A stretch of DNA of 64,000 nucleotides from an uncultured Bacilli bacterium. GTDB lineage: Bacteria; Bacillota_I; Bacilli_A; RFN20; CAG-826. Positions 46,679-57,137 of this stretch are shown here, one piece after another. The DNA lies in contig CALWDE010000007.1 in the NCBI GenBank assembly GCA_944376605.1, positions 23,759 through 87,758 on the forward strand. Direction: 5' to 3'. The notes under the pieces are model-generated. The model was not told where the DNA came from and ran no database searches. It was given only the letters and a program-made list of their open reading frames with translations. The position numbers were made by a program, and so were the translations under genes. Position 1 is the stretch's first letter. Every line of letters begins with the position of its first letter.

Positions 46679-47308
46679 ATGAAAACACTAGAGGAAATAG
46701 TCGCACGTAATTTGGCGGAACTTAGAAAAGCCAAAGGTCTTACTCAGCTTGAAGTAGCAGAGCATTTTAATTATACCGACAAGTCTGTTTCAAAATGGGA
46801 ACACGGAGACGCTTTGCCTGATGTAAAAACACTTCAATCTTTTGCCGATTTTTATGGCGTAACTCTAGACTACTTAACTCACGATCAAAGCGATGAATCC
46901 TTATACGAAAAAGGAAGACTTTCTCCTCAAGATTTACGAGCAAACCGCATTGTTCTTACCTCTTTGGCAGTTCTCCTTGTCTATTCTGTTGCCACGGTTA
47001 TTTGTGTCTCAGCTTATGTCATGGAAAACGTTTTTTGGACGGGGTGGTTAGCCTTCGTGTGGGCAATCCCTGTCATGTTTATTGTTCTTTTATCTTGCAA
47101 CAGAAAATGGGGCAAAAGAAATTGGGCGATGTATTTATCTCTAGGCTTTGCTTGGAGTTTACTTCTTGCTGTCTATATGGAGTTAATGATTGATATTCCT
47201 AATTCCGGTTTTAATCTGTGGTTTATTTTGTTACTTGGTATTCCTGTCACAGTAGCAATTGTTTTAGCTTTCCGTTTAAAAGATTTTCAAAGAAAAAGTA
47301 AAAAGTAA
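46679..47308 (+). CDS. XRE-family HTH transcriptional regulator with C-terminal 4-TM membrane domain
   Basis: N-terminal LAELRKAKGLTQLEVAEHFNYTDKSVSKWEHG (HTH_3/XRE). Hydrophobic C-terminal half. Confidence 0.75.
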   Translation: MKTLEEIVARNLAELRKAKGLTQLEVAEHFNYTDKSVSKWEHGDALPDVKTLQSFADFYGVTLDYLTHDQSDESLYEKGRLSPQDLRANRIVLTSLAVLLVYSVATVICVSAYVMENVFWTGWLAFVWAIPVMFIVLLSCNRKWGKRNWAMYLSLGFAWSLLLAVYMELMIDIPNSGFNLWFILLLGIPVTVAIVLAFRLKDFQRKSKK

Positions 47309-47324
47309 AAAACAGAAAAAATAC

Positions 47325-48209
47325 TTAGTTTTTGCGACGATTTATCGTTTCTTTTATCCAGTCACATTCCTCTTTATTCACCTTTTCTGAAATGTCCACT
47401 CTTGGGTCTAAATGAAAGACATGTCCGTATTTTTTCTTGTTATTTGAATGGTAGTCATGAAACTCATGAGAGATACCAAGCTTTTGGCAACGCTCATGGA
47501 ACCAAAGCGATTCGTTCCTTAAAAAATCGCCATCAGAGGTCATCAAATACATCGATGGAATAACTTTTTTGGATAAATAACGAACAGGATTAATACGGGG
47601 ATCATTTTTGTCATAACGCTTTGGTAAAACTTGTTTTGCAATAAAGCGAGTTAAAATATCGTTTTTGCGATCTCCAAAGCCGATATAAGTTCCACAGTTT
47701 AAAACAAGCCCTGCAATCGAAAGAGGATAGGCAAAGGGGAATAAAATCCCATAATCATGATTTTTCGAAGCAATGCAGTATTGCACTGCCATAGAAGCTC
47801 CTGCCGAGTCACCAATTAAGAAAATGTTTTCTAAATCGATATGATACATATCGCGTTTCTCCTGAATTTTTTGCATCGTTAAATCAAGATAACGCAAGTG
47901 CTCAGGGTGCTTTACTTCAGGAGATAAAGGATAGTCAAAACAAATCGCAAGAAAGCCCTGCGAGGCTAAAAATTTAGCATAAGGTTCATAAGTATCTAAA
48001 TCCGCATAAATCCACGCGCCGCCATGAACTATTACAAGAGGAACAAGCAATTTACCTTTATTTTCTTTTAGATAGTAAAAAGCAATACGGCAACTAGAAG
48101 ATAACGTATATAAATCCTTTTCTACGGAAGCAAATTTAGGTGCAGCATCATTTCGTTTTTGGTCCGACTTACCCATTGTTTTCCGAAACCAGTTGACGAT
48201 ATATGACAT
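47325..48209 (-). CDS. alpha/beta-hydrolase fold-3 esterase/lipase (HSL family)
   Basis: HGGAW (HGGG oxyanion motif) and GDSAGA nucleophile elbow. Confidence 0.75.
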   Translation of the reverse strand: MSYIVNWFRKTMGKSDQKRNDAAPKFASVEKDLYTLSSSCRIAFYYLKENKGKLLVPLVIVHGGAWIYADLDTYEPYAKFLASQGFLAICFDYPLSPEVKHPEHLRYLDLTMQKIQEKRDMYHIDLENIFLIGDSAGASMAVQYCIASKNHDYGILFPFAYPLSIAGLVLNCGTYIGFGDRKNDILTRFIAKQVLPKRYDKNDPRINPVRYLSKKVIPSMYLMTSDGDFLRNESLWFHERCQKLGISHEFHDYHSNNKKKYGHVFHLDPRVDISEKVNKEECDWIKETINRRKN

Positions 48210-48438
48210 AACTCTCTCGCTTGTCCAAATAATACTCTATTTCTTAAATATCGAATTTAATTTTATGCGCTATAAGGAAAAGAATAGTTACGATGTAAAA
48301 GAATTTTACATAGGGAACGAAAAGGGAATCGTCTTTTTTATTTATGCAAATCGCTATTCTTTTTGCGGATTTTAAAAGAAAAGACCCTTATGTCGGTTAG
48401 TCCAACATTTGGGTCTTATCTTCTCCTTAATGGCTTTC

Positions 48439-50553
48439 TTATTTTTCTTTGACAATGATCTTATTTTCAATCACATCAAGTAAATAGGATTTCTCGGTAG
48501 AAAGCTCTCCCCTAATAATCTTTTCTGCAAGAAGAGTTTCAATCTTATCTTGGATATAACGCTTGATAGGTCTAGCGCCAAATTCTGGAGAATAAGATTC
48601 CTCTAAAATGAAATCTACTGCAGCCTCAGTCCAGGAAAGAGAATAATACTGTTCTTCTAGACGGGACTTTAATTCACCAAGCATCTTTTCCACAATCTTT
48701 CTTTGAACCTCTTTGCTTAAAGAATGGAAAGTGCAAATTTCATCAATACGGTTGAGGAATTCCGGTTTAAAGGTGTGATGAAGTAGAGTTTCCACTTCTT
48801 CCGTTTTGCCATTTAAAATGAGGTCACTCCCCAAATTAGAAGTCATAATAATGACCGTATTCTTAAAGTCTACAAGCCTGCCCTGACTATCGGTTAAACG
48901 CCCTTCATCTAATACTTGTAGTAAAAGATTAAATACTTCAGGATTGGCCTTTTCGATTTCATCAAATAGAACAATAGAATAAGGGTTGCGGCGGACTTTT
49001 TCCGTTAACTGTCCCCCTTCTTCATAACCAACATATCCAGGAGGGGCACCAATTAAACGAGATACACTATATCGCTCCATATACTCAGACATATCAATAC
49101 GGATGATGTTGTTCTCGTTATCAAAAAGTGCTTCTGCTAGAGATTTAGCAACTTCTGTTTTACCAACTCCTGTTGGGCCAAGAAAGAGAAAGGAACCAAT
49201 GGGGCGATTAGGGTTTTTAATCCCTGCCCGTTGACGAAGAATAGCGTTAGAAACAAGCTCGATAGCTTCGTCTTGCCCAATAACTCTCTTCTTTAAAGTG
49301 TCTTTTAACTCGAGAACTTTTTCTCGGTCTCCCTTTTCGATTCGAGAAACAGGAATGCCAGTCATCCTGGCCACAATTTTGGCAATTTCTTCCTCATCTA
49401 CCACTTCCGATAAAATCTTTCCTGCCTTAGAGTTTTCTTGAATAAAGCGAATCTTTTTTTCTATATCAGGTATTTCTTGATACTGAAGTCTAGAAGCTTT
49501 TTCATAGTTACCAGAGGTAAAGTAGTTTTGCAGTTCTAGTTTCTTCCTCTCTAATTCTTCTTTTAAAGATTTTACTTCTGCATGTTCTGCTTTTTCTTTT
49601 TGCCATTCCTTTTGGAGGGAAGAGAAGTTCTCTTCTAAGTGTGACAGCTCCTCTTGAAGAGCAGATAAACGTTTCTTACTGCCTTCATCATCTTCTTTTT
49701 CTAGAGCAAAACGTTCAATCTGTAACTGACGAATTTTACGGTTCACTTCATCGAGTTCTACAGGCATAGATTCCATCTCGACCTTAATGCCTGCGCAGGC
49801 CTCATCCACAAGGTCAATTGCCTTGTCGGGAAGGAAACGGTTTGTAATGTAACGGTTTGATAAAGTTGCTGCGGCAACTAAGGCTCCATCTGTGATAGTT
49901 ACGCCATGATAAGTCTCAAAGCGTTCCTTTAATCCTCTTAAGATGGAGATGGTATCCGCAACAGTAGGTTCACCAACCATAACAGGTTGAAAACGTCTTT
50001 CTAATGCGCGGTCTTTCTCAATATATTCCCGATATTCGTTTAAGGTTGTTGCACCGATACAGTCGATTTCTCCTCTCGCTAATAAGGGCTTTAACATATT
50101 GGAAGCATCTAAAGCGCCATCCGCTTTTCCTGCGCCAACAATTAAGTGAATTTCATCGATAAAAAGAATCGTTTTCCCTTGGCTTTCTTTGATTTTGTTT
50201 AAAACTGCTTTCAAACGTTCTTCAAACTCACCTCGGTATTTTGCTCCTGCAACAAGCGCACCCATATCGAGTTCATAAATTCTTTTTCCTTTTAATGTTG
50301 CAGGTACATCGTCTTTGACAATTCTTTCTGCAAGACCTTCCACAATGGCAGTCTTACCAACGCCAGGTTCTCCAAGAAGAATGACATTATTTTTTGATTT
50401 TCTTGCTAAAACTTGGATAACTTTTCGGATTTCTTCATCTCTGCCAATAACAGGATCTAGTTTCCCTTGTTCTACGTAGGAGTTGATATCACGACCAAAC
50501 TTTTCCAAAATGTGTTCATCTTGGCTGTAATTTTCCATACCTTGTTCCATCAT
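48439..50553 (-). CDS. clpB: ClpB chaperone (AAA+ disaggregase), N-domain-less Mollicutes-type
   Basis: Two AAA+ modules ([19 protein letters not shown]). Long coiled-coil M-domain. Begins at the NBD1 linker ([15 protein letters not shown]). 704 aa. GGAGGA RBS. Confidence 0.85.
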   Translation of the reverse strand: MMEQGMENYSQDEHILEKFGRDINSYVEQGKLDPVIGRDEEIRKVIQVLARKSKNNVILLGEPGVGKTAIVEGLAERIVKDDVPATLKGKRIYELDMGALVAGAKYRGEFEERLKAVLNKIKESQGKTILFIDEIHLIVGAGKADGALDASNMLKPLLARGEIDCIGATTLNEYREYIEKDRALERRFQPVMVGEPTVADTISILRGLKERFETYHGVTITDGALVAAATLSNRYITNRFLPDKAIDLVDEACAGIKVEMESMPVELDEVNRKIRQLQIERFALEKEDDEGSKKRLSALQEELSHLEENFSSLQKEWQKEKAEHAEVKSLKEELERKKLELQNYFTSGNYEKASRLQYQEIPDIEKKIRFIQENSKAGKILSEVVDEEEIAKIVARMTGIPVSRIEKGDREKVLELKDTLKKRVIGQDEAIELVSNAILRQRAGIKNPNRPIGSFLFLGPTGVGKTEVAKSLAEALFDNENNIIRIDMSEYMERYSVSRLIGAPPGYVGYEEGGQLTEKVRRNPYSIVLFDEIEKANPEVFNLLLQVLDEGRLTDSQGRLVDFKNTVIIMTSNLGSDLILNGKTEEVETLLHHTFKPEFLNRIDEICTFHSLSKEVQRKIVEKMLGELKSRLEEQYYSLSWTEAAVDFILEESYSPEFGARPIKRYIQDKIETLLAEKIIRGELSTEKSYLLDVIENKIIVKEK

Positions 50554-50586
50554 AAAATCCTCCTTCTGCCTTTTATGGCAAAAGAT

Positions 50587-50628
50587 ATTTTATGAAACCA
50601 TTTAGCAGTGTCAATATGTATTTGCTAA
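50587..50628 (-). promoter_or_regulatory. clpB promoter (TTGACA-16-TAAAAT) with overlapping CIRCE-like operator TTAGCAAAT-N9-CACTGCTAA
   Basis: -35 is the complement of 50609-50614 and -10 is the complement of 50587-50592. Inverted hexamers TTAGCA/TGCTAA lie at 50602-50628. The plus-strand 14-mer TTTAGCAGTGTCAA is identical to the one at the hsp20 promoter (13865-13878). Confidence 0.55.
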
Positions 50629-50866
50629 ATTGTAAAGTTATTTCTTTTTTAGTAGAACGTTTGACCAATATAGAGATTTTCATTCTTAGAAACTATTCTG
50701 CTTTTACAGGAGAAGTAAATTTCCGCATTAAAATCCTAAAAGAAAGTCATCAACAGGCAGTTACAAGCGGTTCTATAAATTGTTCTTCTTTTTTAACAAA
50801 AAGAAACCGCTTTCATGAAAGAAAATATTTTTCTTTTCCCTTCTTTTAAAAAGATAGGGTATCTTT

Positions 50867-52369
50867 GTGCGGAAACAGAAAAGGGGCAGTATGCAAATAG
50901 GTCAGAAAAATACCAAAATCGTTGACATGACAAAAGGAAGCATTCTCAAAGGAATGCTCATCTTTCTCTTTCCACTTCTTATCGGTAACTTGTTCCAACA
51001 GGCCTATAACGTGGTGGACTCTATTATTGTCGGACAAATTTTAGGAGACGATGCTTTTACGGCAGTAGGAGCAACTGGAAGTTCTTCCTTTATGATTCTT
51101 GGTTTCGCCTCGGGATTAACAAGCGGACTAGCTGTGTGCGCAGCGCAGTACTTTGGTGCAAAAGATGAAGCTGGGCTAAGAAAGTCTCTTGTTACTTCTA
51201 TTTTAATCAGTCTTATTTCGGCTATTATTTTGACTGTTGTTGGAATTGCTTGCATTGATCCGCTTTTGACTTTAACGGATTTAGACGGTCAGTTTTATCA
51301 ATACGCCAAAGAATACTTATTCCCTATTTTCATTGGTATTGTTTTTACGATTGCCTACAACTTATTTTCTAATATCCTTCGTTCTTTAGGTGATACAAGA
51401 ACACCGCTTTACGCTTTGATTTTAGGCTGCCTTGTTAATATTGGAGCGGACTATTTATTTGTTGGTCCTTTCAATATGGGTATAGCAGGAGCGGCTTGGG
51501 CTACTATTCTCTCTCAAGCAATCTCTGCCATTTATTGCGCCATTTGGATGTTTTACCGCTATTCCTATACAAGAATCAAAAAAGAAGACTGGAAACCAGT
51601 CGGCAAAATGTATGCCAGCCACGTAAGAATTTCTCTTCCTATGGCAGTCCAATTTGCCATTGTTGGTATCGGTTTACTCATGCAGCAAAAAGGTGCCAAT
51701 ATGATTAATAACGCTTATATGGCAGAGATGGCAGGAAACCCAAATATTGTGGAAGGGTTATACACCACCGCTTATAGCGCGGCAGGAAGAATTGATGGTT
51801 TCTCTAACTGTGTCATTCTTGCTATTGGCACCATGATGGCAACCTATTGCGGACAAAACTATGGTTCAGCCGATTTACCAAGAATTAAAAAAGGCCTCTA
51901 TTTAGGAACCGTTATGGGTATTTCCGTTTGCCTTGTTATGGCAGCAATCTTAATCCCATTAACCCCATATATCCTTTATCTTTTTTTGCAAAATCCAAGT
52001 CCAGAAGTGCAGCAAGCCACTTTCCTTTATATGGCAGTACAGCTAGGCTGCTACGCTTTACTTAGCACTTTATATGTTTTCCGCAGTTCCATTCAAGGAC
52101 TAGGAAGATCTGAAATTACCATCATTGTTTCCATTGTGGAGCTTGTCTTACGAATCATTTTCTCTTTGGTTCTCGCGCAATATGCTGGATGGATTGGTCT
52201 TTCCTTCTCTAATCCTATTGCTTGGATTGGTGCGGATTTGGTGTTAATTCCTGCGATGATTTTGATAATAAAGAAATTCAATCGTCAGCAAAAAGAAGGC
52301 ACTTTTGGTCTAACAAAGGAAACAAAAAATACGGAAGAGACTACGCAAAAGGAAAGCGGTACAAAATAA
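50867..52369 (+). CDS. MATE-family multidrug/oligosaccharidyl-lipid efflux transporter
   Basis: 12-TM protein with MATE-type repeats (VGQILGDDAFTAVG..., later LGRSEITIIVS). The start may be the downstream Met (MQIGQKN). Confidence 0.7.
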   Translation: MRKQKRGSMQIGQKNTKIVDMTKGSILKGMLIFLFPLLIGNLFQQAYNVVDSIIVGQILGDDAFTAVGATGSSSFMILGFASGLTSGLAVCAAQYFGAKDEAGLRKSLVTSILISLISAIILTVVGIACIDPLLTLTDLDGQFYQYAKEYLFPIFIGIVFTIAYNLFSNILRSLGDTRTPLYALILGCLVNIGADYLFVGPFNMGIAGAAWATILSQAISAIYCAIWMFYRYSYTRIKKEDWKPVGKMYASHVRISLPMAVQFAIVGIGLLMQQKGANMINNAYMAEMAGNPNIVEGLYTTAYSAAGRIDGFSNCVILAIGTMMATYCGQNYGSADLPRIKKGLYLGTVMGISVCLVMAAILIPLTPYILYLFLQNPSPEVQQATFLYMAVQLGCYALLSTLYVFRSSIQGLGRSEITIIVSIVELVLRIIFSLVLAQYAGWIGLSFSNPIAWIGADLVLIPAMILIIKKFNRQQKEGTFGLTKETKNTEETTQKESGTK

Positions 52370-52393
52370 ACAAAAACAAGATAGGATATAGCC

Positions 52394-53203
52394 ATGAATA
52401 AGTGGCAAACCTTTTGGCATAAATATCGTGAAAGTATTAAAAAATTAGGCATTTTTCTCATTGCCTGTTTTCTTGTTTCTCTCCTATGTTTTTTCATCTT
52501 ATATGGAGTAGGAGTTATTAGTTTTGAAGGCGGAATTCAGTTTAATGCTTCCCTATTTGAAAGCATTAAAAATGAATGGTATGGCTATTTATATTTCTTT
52601 TTCCTTCAGGTGCTTTTTACGACCTTACTCTGTTTTGCGCCAGGCGGCTCATCTACCTTTATTGCTTTAGGGGTCGTGCTTTATGGGCCAACTTGGCAAA
52701 CGTTTCTCTTAGTTTTTGCTGGGGTAATTGCCTCTTCTTTAGCAATGGATCTACTCGGGAGATTTGGTGGAGCGGCCTTAATCCGTAAATTATTTGGTGA
52801 AGAAGATTACAACAAAGGCATGAAATTAATTCAGGAAAAAGGAATCGTTTACTTGCCCTTTATGTATTTATTCCCCGTCTTCCCTGATGATTTGCTTTGC
52901 TGCCTTGCTGGAATGAGTAAGATTAAGCTTTGGTATCACTTACTCATTATTGCTCTTTGTCGCGGAATTGGAGTAGCCACTATCGTCTTTGGCGTCAGCA
53001 TTATTCCAATCGAGCAGTTCACAAGTCTGTGGGACTGGATTGTAGCAATCACGGTCATTCTCTTCTGGGTTATTTTGGCCTTCCTTTTTGCCCGTTTCTT
53101 AGACAAAAAACTTACTGCTTATTTAAAGAAAAAGACTAGCCCTAATCAGGAAGCAAATAAGGAAGAAGAAAAGAATATAGAGAAAGACACTCTCACAAAA
53201 TGA
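52394..53203 (+). CDS. TVP38/DedA-family membrane protein
   Basis: PGGSSTFIALGVVLYG and VFPDDLLCCLAGMSKI motifs typical of the SNARE-associated/DedA family. Confidence 0.6.
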   Translation: MNKWQTFWHKYRESIKKLGIFLIACFLVSLLCFFILYGVGVISFEGGIQFNASLFESIKNEWYGYLYFFFLQVLFTTLLCFAPGGSSTFIALGVVLYGPTWQTFLLVFAGVIASSLAMDLLGRFGGAALIRKLFGEEDYNKGMKLIQEKGIVYLPFMYLFPVFPDDLLCCLAGMSKIKLWYHLLIIALCRGIGVATIVFGVSIIPIEQFTSLWDWIVAITVILFWVILAFLFARFLDKKLTAYLKKKTSPNQEANKEEEKNIEKDTLTK

Positions 53204-53331
53204 CTAATCTCTTAGTTGTTCTAATCACACATTTTACCTGTTCTATTCGTAATTAATTTGTCGCGCTTCCTTGATTTATGGACAAAGTCTTGTAGCGGTA
53301 AGCGCTCAATCAAAAGAGAACATTTTCCCTT

Positions 53332-54690
53332 TTATTTCTTCAAAGATAAGGTAGCAATTGTTTCCACGTGTGTGGTCATGGGGAATAAATCAACAGGTAT
53401 CACATCAGTAAGTTCGTAGCCCTTTTTCAAAACCATAATATCTCTTGCTAAGGTAATAGGATTGCAGGAAATATAAACTACTTTTTTAGGCATAGAATGT
53501 AAGACGGTATTTAAAAATTCTGGTGTACTTCCTTTACGGGGAGGATCCATAAAAAGAATATCGATTGGGTGCTTTTTTATAAGAGAAGGAATCACTTTCG
53601 TGCAGTCCCCACAGCAAGGGAAATAATTCGTAATTCCATTTTCTTTGGCATTCTTCTCCGCGTCTTTTACAGCCTCTTCCACCTCTTCAATCGCGTACAC
53701 TTCTTTCGCTTTTTTAGCAGCGATAATCCCGATTGTACCAATCCCGCTATAAGCATCTAAAACAGTGTCGTTTTCCGTAATTCCAGCACTTTGAAGAGCG
53801 TGTTCATAAAGCTTTTCTGTCATTACAGGATTAGTTTGATAAAAGCTATTTGGTGAAATCGAGAAAGTAACTCCGCATAAAGTGTCTTTTAAATTCTTTT
53901 CGCCAAAGAGAAGCAAAAACTTTTCTCCCATGATCACATTCGTGTTTTTATCATTCACATTAAGGTACATAGAGCAGAGAAAGGGGCATGATTTCTTTAG
54001 TCCTTCTATTAACTCTTGCTTATGAGGAAAAGAAACTTTCGTAGTAACCAAAATAAGCATTACTTTTCGAAAGGCAAAAGAAGAACGGGCAACAAAATGC
54101 CGTAAAATTCCTTTCCCTGTTTTTTCATCATAGGGAGGGATTTTTAATTCATTGACAAGACGGATTGCCTCTTTTAGCACTTCGCGAATAAGAGGGTCCT
54201 CAATGTTGCAAGAAAGGCACTCTATCACCTCATGCGTACCCTTACGGTAAAACCCTCCAATCGCTTTCTTATGAAAGTGATCCCAGCTTATTGGCATAGA
54301 AGCTTTGTTACGGTAATCATAGGGATGTTCCATAGCAAGAAGAGGATGAACTGTCGTGTTTTTCTCAAGAACATCTTTTAAAGCTACTTCCACAAAATGC
54401 TCTTTGATCTTCTTTTGTGCCTGATAAGTCAAAGCCTGATAAGAGCAACCTCCACAAGCGGAAGGAACAGGGCACTTTGGAATAATTCTCTCTGGAGAAA
54501 TTTTTGATAATCTTTTTAATTTTCCCCGTAAAACCCCGTTTCTTTTATAGATAATTTCAATATCTCCTTCTTCAGCTAGAAAAATTGAAGGAACAAAAAC
54601 AATTTCGCCTGTATCTAAAGAAACAACACTTCCCCCTGTTGGCAAATAGTCTTTGCACACCCCATAGCCAAGATAAGGAAATTTTTTCAT
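53332..54690 (-). CDS. rlmD: 23S rRNA (uracil-C5)-methyltransferase RlmD/RumA family (TRAM + 4Fe-4S + SAM MTase)
   Basis: CGGCSYQ cluster cysteines. SAM-binding region DAYSGIGTIGI. C-terminal YISCNPITLARD motif. Confidence 0.75.
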   Translation of the reverse strand: MKKFPYLGYGVCKDYLPTGGSVVSLDTGEIVFVPSIFLAEEGDIEIIYKRNGVLRGKLKRLSKISPERIIPKCPVPSACGGCSYQALTYQAQKKIKEHFVEVALKDVLEKNTTVHPLLAMEHPYDYRNKASMPISWDHFHKKAIGGFYRKGTHEVIECLSCNIEDPLIREVLKEAIRLVNELKIPPYDEKTGKGILRHFVARSSFAFRKVMLILVTTKVSFPHKQELIEGLKKSCPFLCSMYLNVNDKNTNVIMGEKFLLLFGEKNLKDTLCGVTFSISPNSFYQTNPVMTEKLYEHALQSAGITENDTVLDAYSGIGTIGIIAAKKAKEVYAIEEVEEAVKDAEKNAKENGITNYFPCCGDCTKVIPSLIKKHPIDILFMDPPRKGSTPEFLNTVLHSMPKKVVYISCNPITLARDIMVLKKGYELTDVIPVDLFPMTTHVETIATLSLKK

Positions 54691-54691
54691 A

Positions 54692-56293
54692 TTAGGCAGC
54701 AGCCTTCTCCTTAGGAGTAGCCATCATTTCTTTTAACCATTCGTTTTCTTTTTGCGCATCTAAACGCAAGAAGAGAGGCTCACCCTTATGAACCTTGAAA
54801 GAAGGTAAATCTTGATCTAATGAAGAGAAGTTACGATAAGAAGAAGGGATACCGAGTTGGTCTTCTAGAAGGTCACTTTTGGTAATTAAGATGGGGCGAA
54901 GTAAGGTAGCAGCAGTGTGTAACACCTTTACTAGATGTTCCATGCAGGCAGCAAGCTCTTCTTTCTTGCTTTCATCCTTTGCTAAAGCCCATGGCGCCTT
55001 TACTTCGATATATTTATTACCCATCGATAGTAAATCCATGACGGAATGGTAGGCTTCTGTCACTTTTAAATCATTAATAGAAGCAACATAGATTTGAATT
55101 GTTTCGTGAATCTTATTGGATAAAGCAGCGTCTTCTTCTCCTTTATCTTTAAATCCAGAAGGAGTGACTCCATCAAAATACTTTCCAATCATCGAGACAG
55201 TGCGGCTTAAAAGATTCCCTAAATTATTGGCCAAATCCGCATTCACACGGTCCACGAAAAGCTCAGGAGTGAACTGGCCATCTTGACCAAAAATAATCTC
55301 GCTTGCTAAGTAATACCTTACCGCGTCCACGCCATAACGTTCTACCAAAGGTTCCACGTAAACTACATTCCCTTTGGATTTAGACATCTTGCCGTCTTTC
55401 ATCATCATTAAACCGTGCACAAAAATACGGTTTGGTAAACGGAGATTTAATGCATCTAAGAACATAGGCCAATAAATGGTGTGGAAACGCGTAATATCCG
55501 CTCCAACTAAATGGACAATTTCCGTATTAGGATCTTGCCAATATTTTTCAAATTTCGAGTCATCTTCTTGCAGATAACCTAAAGCACTAATGTAATTGAG
55601 CAAAGCATCTAGCCATACATAAACTACATGCTTTGGATTATCAGGAACATGAACTCCCCAATCAAAACTTGTCCGAGTAACACATAAATCATTCAAACCA
55701 GGCTTAATAAAGTTATTCAGCATTTCTACTTTTCTTCCGCTTGGAGTAATGAAATTAGAATTTTCATCAAAGTATTGCAGGAGTTTTTCTAAATGCTTCT
55801 GACAAGAAAAGAAATAAGTTTCTTCCTCTTTTTCTTCCACAGGTCTCCCGCATTCAGGACATAAATGTTCTTTTCCTACTTGGGTATCTGTCCAAAAGGT
55901 TTCTTCATGCACGCAGTACCAACCCTTATAGTGAGAAAGATAAACATCCTTTTGTTCTAAAAAGCGGTGAAATACTTTTTGAACTGTCTCAACATGTCTT
56001 TTTTGTGTTGTTCGAATAAAGTCGTCATAAGACACGCCTAAAAGCTTCCACAAAGAGAGGAAGGTATCTGCTACATGATCAACAAATTGCTGAGGAGAAA
56101 CTCCTTTTGCGGCAGCATTTTTTTCAATCTTCTCCCCGTGTTCATCTAATCCTGTTAAAAAATATGTGTCGTAACCTAATAGGGCTTTGCTCCGGCGAAT
56201 AATATCCGCTAAAACAGAACAGTAAGCATGCCCAAGATGAGGAGCTGCGCTTGGGTAATAAATTGGTGTGGTTATATAAAACTTTTTGTCCAT
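54692..56293 (-). CDS. metG: methionyl-tRNA synthetase (short form, no C-terminal tRNA-binding domain)
   Basis: HIGH-type motif PIYYPSAAPHLGHAY. KMSKS. Single CPECG zinc knuckle. Confidence 0.9.
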   Translation of the reverse strand: MDKKFYITTPIYYPSAAPHLGHAYCSVLADIIRRSKALLGYDTYFLTGLDEHGEKIEKNAAAKGVSPQQFVDHVADTFLSLWKLLGVSYDDFIRTTQKRHVETVQKVFHRFLEQKDVYLSHYKGWYCVHEETFWTDTQVGKEHLCPECGRPVEEKEEETYFFSCQKHLEKLLQYFDENSNFITPSGRKVEMLNNFIKPGLNDLCVTRTSFDWGVHVPDNPKHVVYVWLDALLNYISALGYLQEDDSKFEKYWQDPNTEIVHLVGADITRFHTIYWPMFLDALNLRLPNRIFVHGLMMMKDGKMSKSKGNVVYVEPLVERYGVDAVRYYLASEIIFGQDGQFTPELFVDRVNADLANNLGNLLSRTVSMIGKYFDGVTPSGFKDKGEEDAALSNKIHETIQIYVASINDLKVTEAYHSVMDLLSMGNKYIEVKAPWALAKDESKKEELAACMEHLVKVLHTAATLLRPILITKSDLLEDQLGIPSSYRNFSSLDQDLPSFKVHKGEPLFLRLDAQKENEWLKEMMATPKEKAAA

Positions 56294-56339
56294 GATGATC
56301 TCCTCACTTATTCTACACTTTAAAAGGCGCTTTTCTTAT

Positions 56340-56380
56340 AAAGAAAAGGCAGGTCTCAATATGCCTGCACTTGTTTTGTT
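56340..56380. terminator. hairpin terminator between the secreted-protein gene and metG
   Basis: GGCAGG-tctcaatatg-CCTGC stem with T-rich flanks. Confidence 0.4.
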
Positions 56381-56873
56381 ATTCAATAGAGAATGTGGAA
56401 AGGGCGCTAGGAGGCAAAAAACAGAAGAGATAATCCCCTTGGAATTCATCGCGTAATAAAATTCCTTTTTCTGAGCCGTCAAATCCAACATAGAGAGTAA
56501 CCGCGTGAGTGTCTTCCCCGTATAAAAGAGTGCAAGAAAAAGAACCAGAATAGCCATTCAATAAATTGTTATAGGTTAAATCATAGAAATGGCCTCTTGC
56601 TTCTTCCTTTGTTAAACGACTAGTGATTGTTAAAGATAAAGAGTATCGATTTTCATTTGGAGTCATTAATGTATCGACTCCGTTTGCGTCAAAATACTCT
56701 TCTTCGTCAATTGTAAGAATTTGCATCGCTCCTTCATATTGACTCATATAGTCATTATCTTCCACGTATGGGGAAACATAATAACCACCAAAATAGTTAT
56801 TCGCTGAGGCGCAACTGAAAAACAAAGGTAAAGCAAGAAGAGATCCAAATATTTTTCTTAAAAATTGTTTCAT
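56379..56873 (-). CDS. small secreted/lipoprotein-like protein, hypothetical
   Basis: Signal peptide with atypical lipobox FFSCAS. Confidence 0.45.
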   Translation of the reverse strand: MKQFLRKIFGSLLALPLFFSCASANNYFGGYYVSPYVEDNDYMSQYEGAMQILTIDEEEYFDANGVDTLMTPNENRYSLSLTITSRLTKEEARGHFYDLTYNNLLNGYSGSFSCTLLYGEDTHAVTLYVGFDGSEKGILLRDEFQGDYLFCFLPPSALSTFSIE

Positions 56874-56924
56874 ACTCTTACCTAACGAAAAAAGGCTTCC
56901 CGGAGGTAGCCTTTGTTTGTTTTT

Positions 56925-57137
56925 TTACTTCTTATTTGCTTTTTGAAGTTTTCTATTGAACTTATCAATGACTCCGTCCGCCTGAACAGCACGTTGCTTA
57001 CCAGTGTAGAAGGGATGGCAATTGGAACAAGTGTCAACTTTGATTTCTTCAAGTACCGATCCGGTTTCAAAGGTAGAACCGCAGGTAACGCATGTCACCT
57101 TGCACTTGTGGTACTCTGGGTGAATTCCTTTTTTCAT
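56925..57137 (-). CDS. rpmE: 50S ribosomal protein L31 (zinc-binding type A)
   Basis: MKKGIHPEY N-terminus. CxxC ... CxxCHPFYTG zinc ribbon. 70 aa. Confidence 0.9.
   Translation of the reverse strand: MKKGIHPEYHKCKVTCVTCGSTFETGSVLEEIKVDTCSNCHPFYTGKQRAVQADGVIDKFNRKLQKANKK

Noticed and set aside
48193-48375. 60-aa plus-strand ORF between the esterase and clpB
   Set aside because: It is AT-rich promoter/terminator DNA and overlaps the esterase start. A hairpin with a long loop (48376-48425) is at most a weak clpB terminator.
50660-50666. TTTGACC heptad (reverse of the CtsR GGTCAAA) upstream of clpB
   Set aside because: Only a single half-site is present. There is no second heptad at the required 3-nt spacing, so no CtsR operator is called.
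56294-56378. Possible T-box leader upstream of metG
   Set aside because: The spacer is only 85 nt. That is far too short for a T-box, and no AGGGUGGNACCGCG-like sequence is present.
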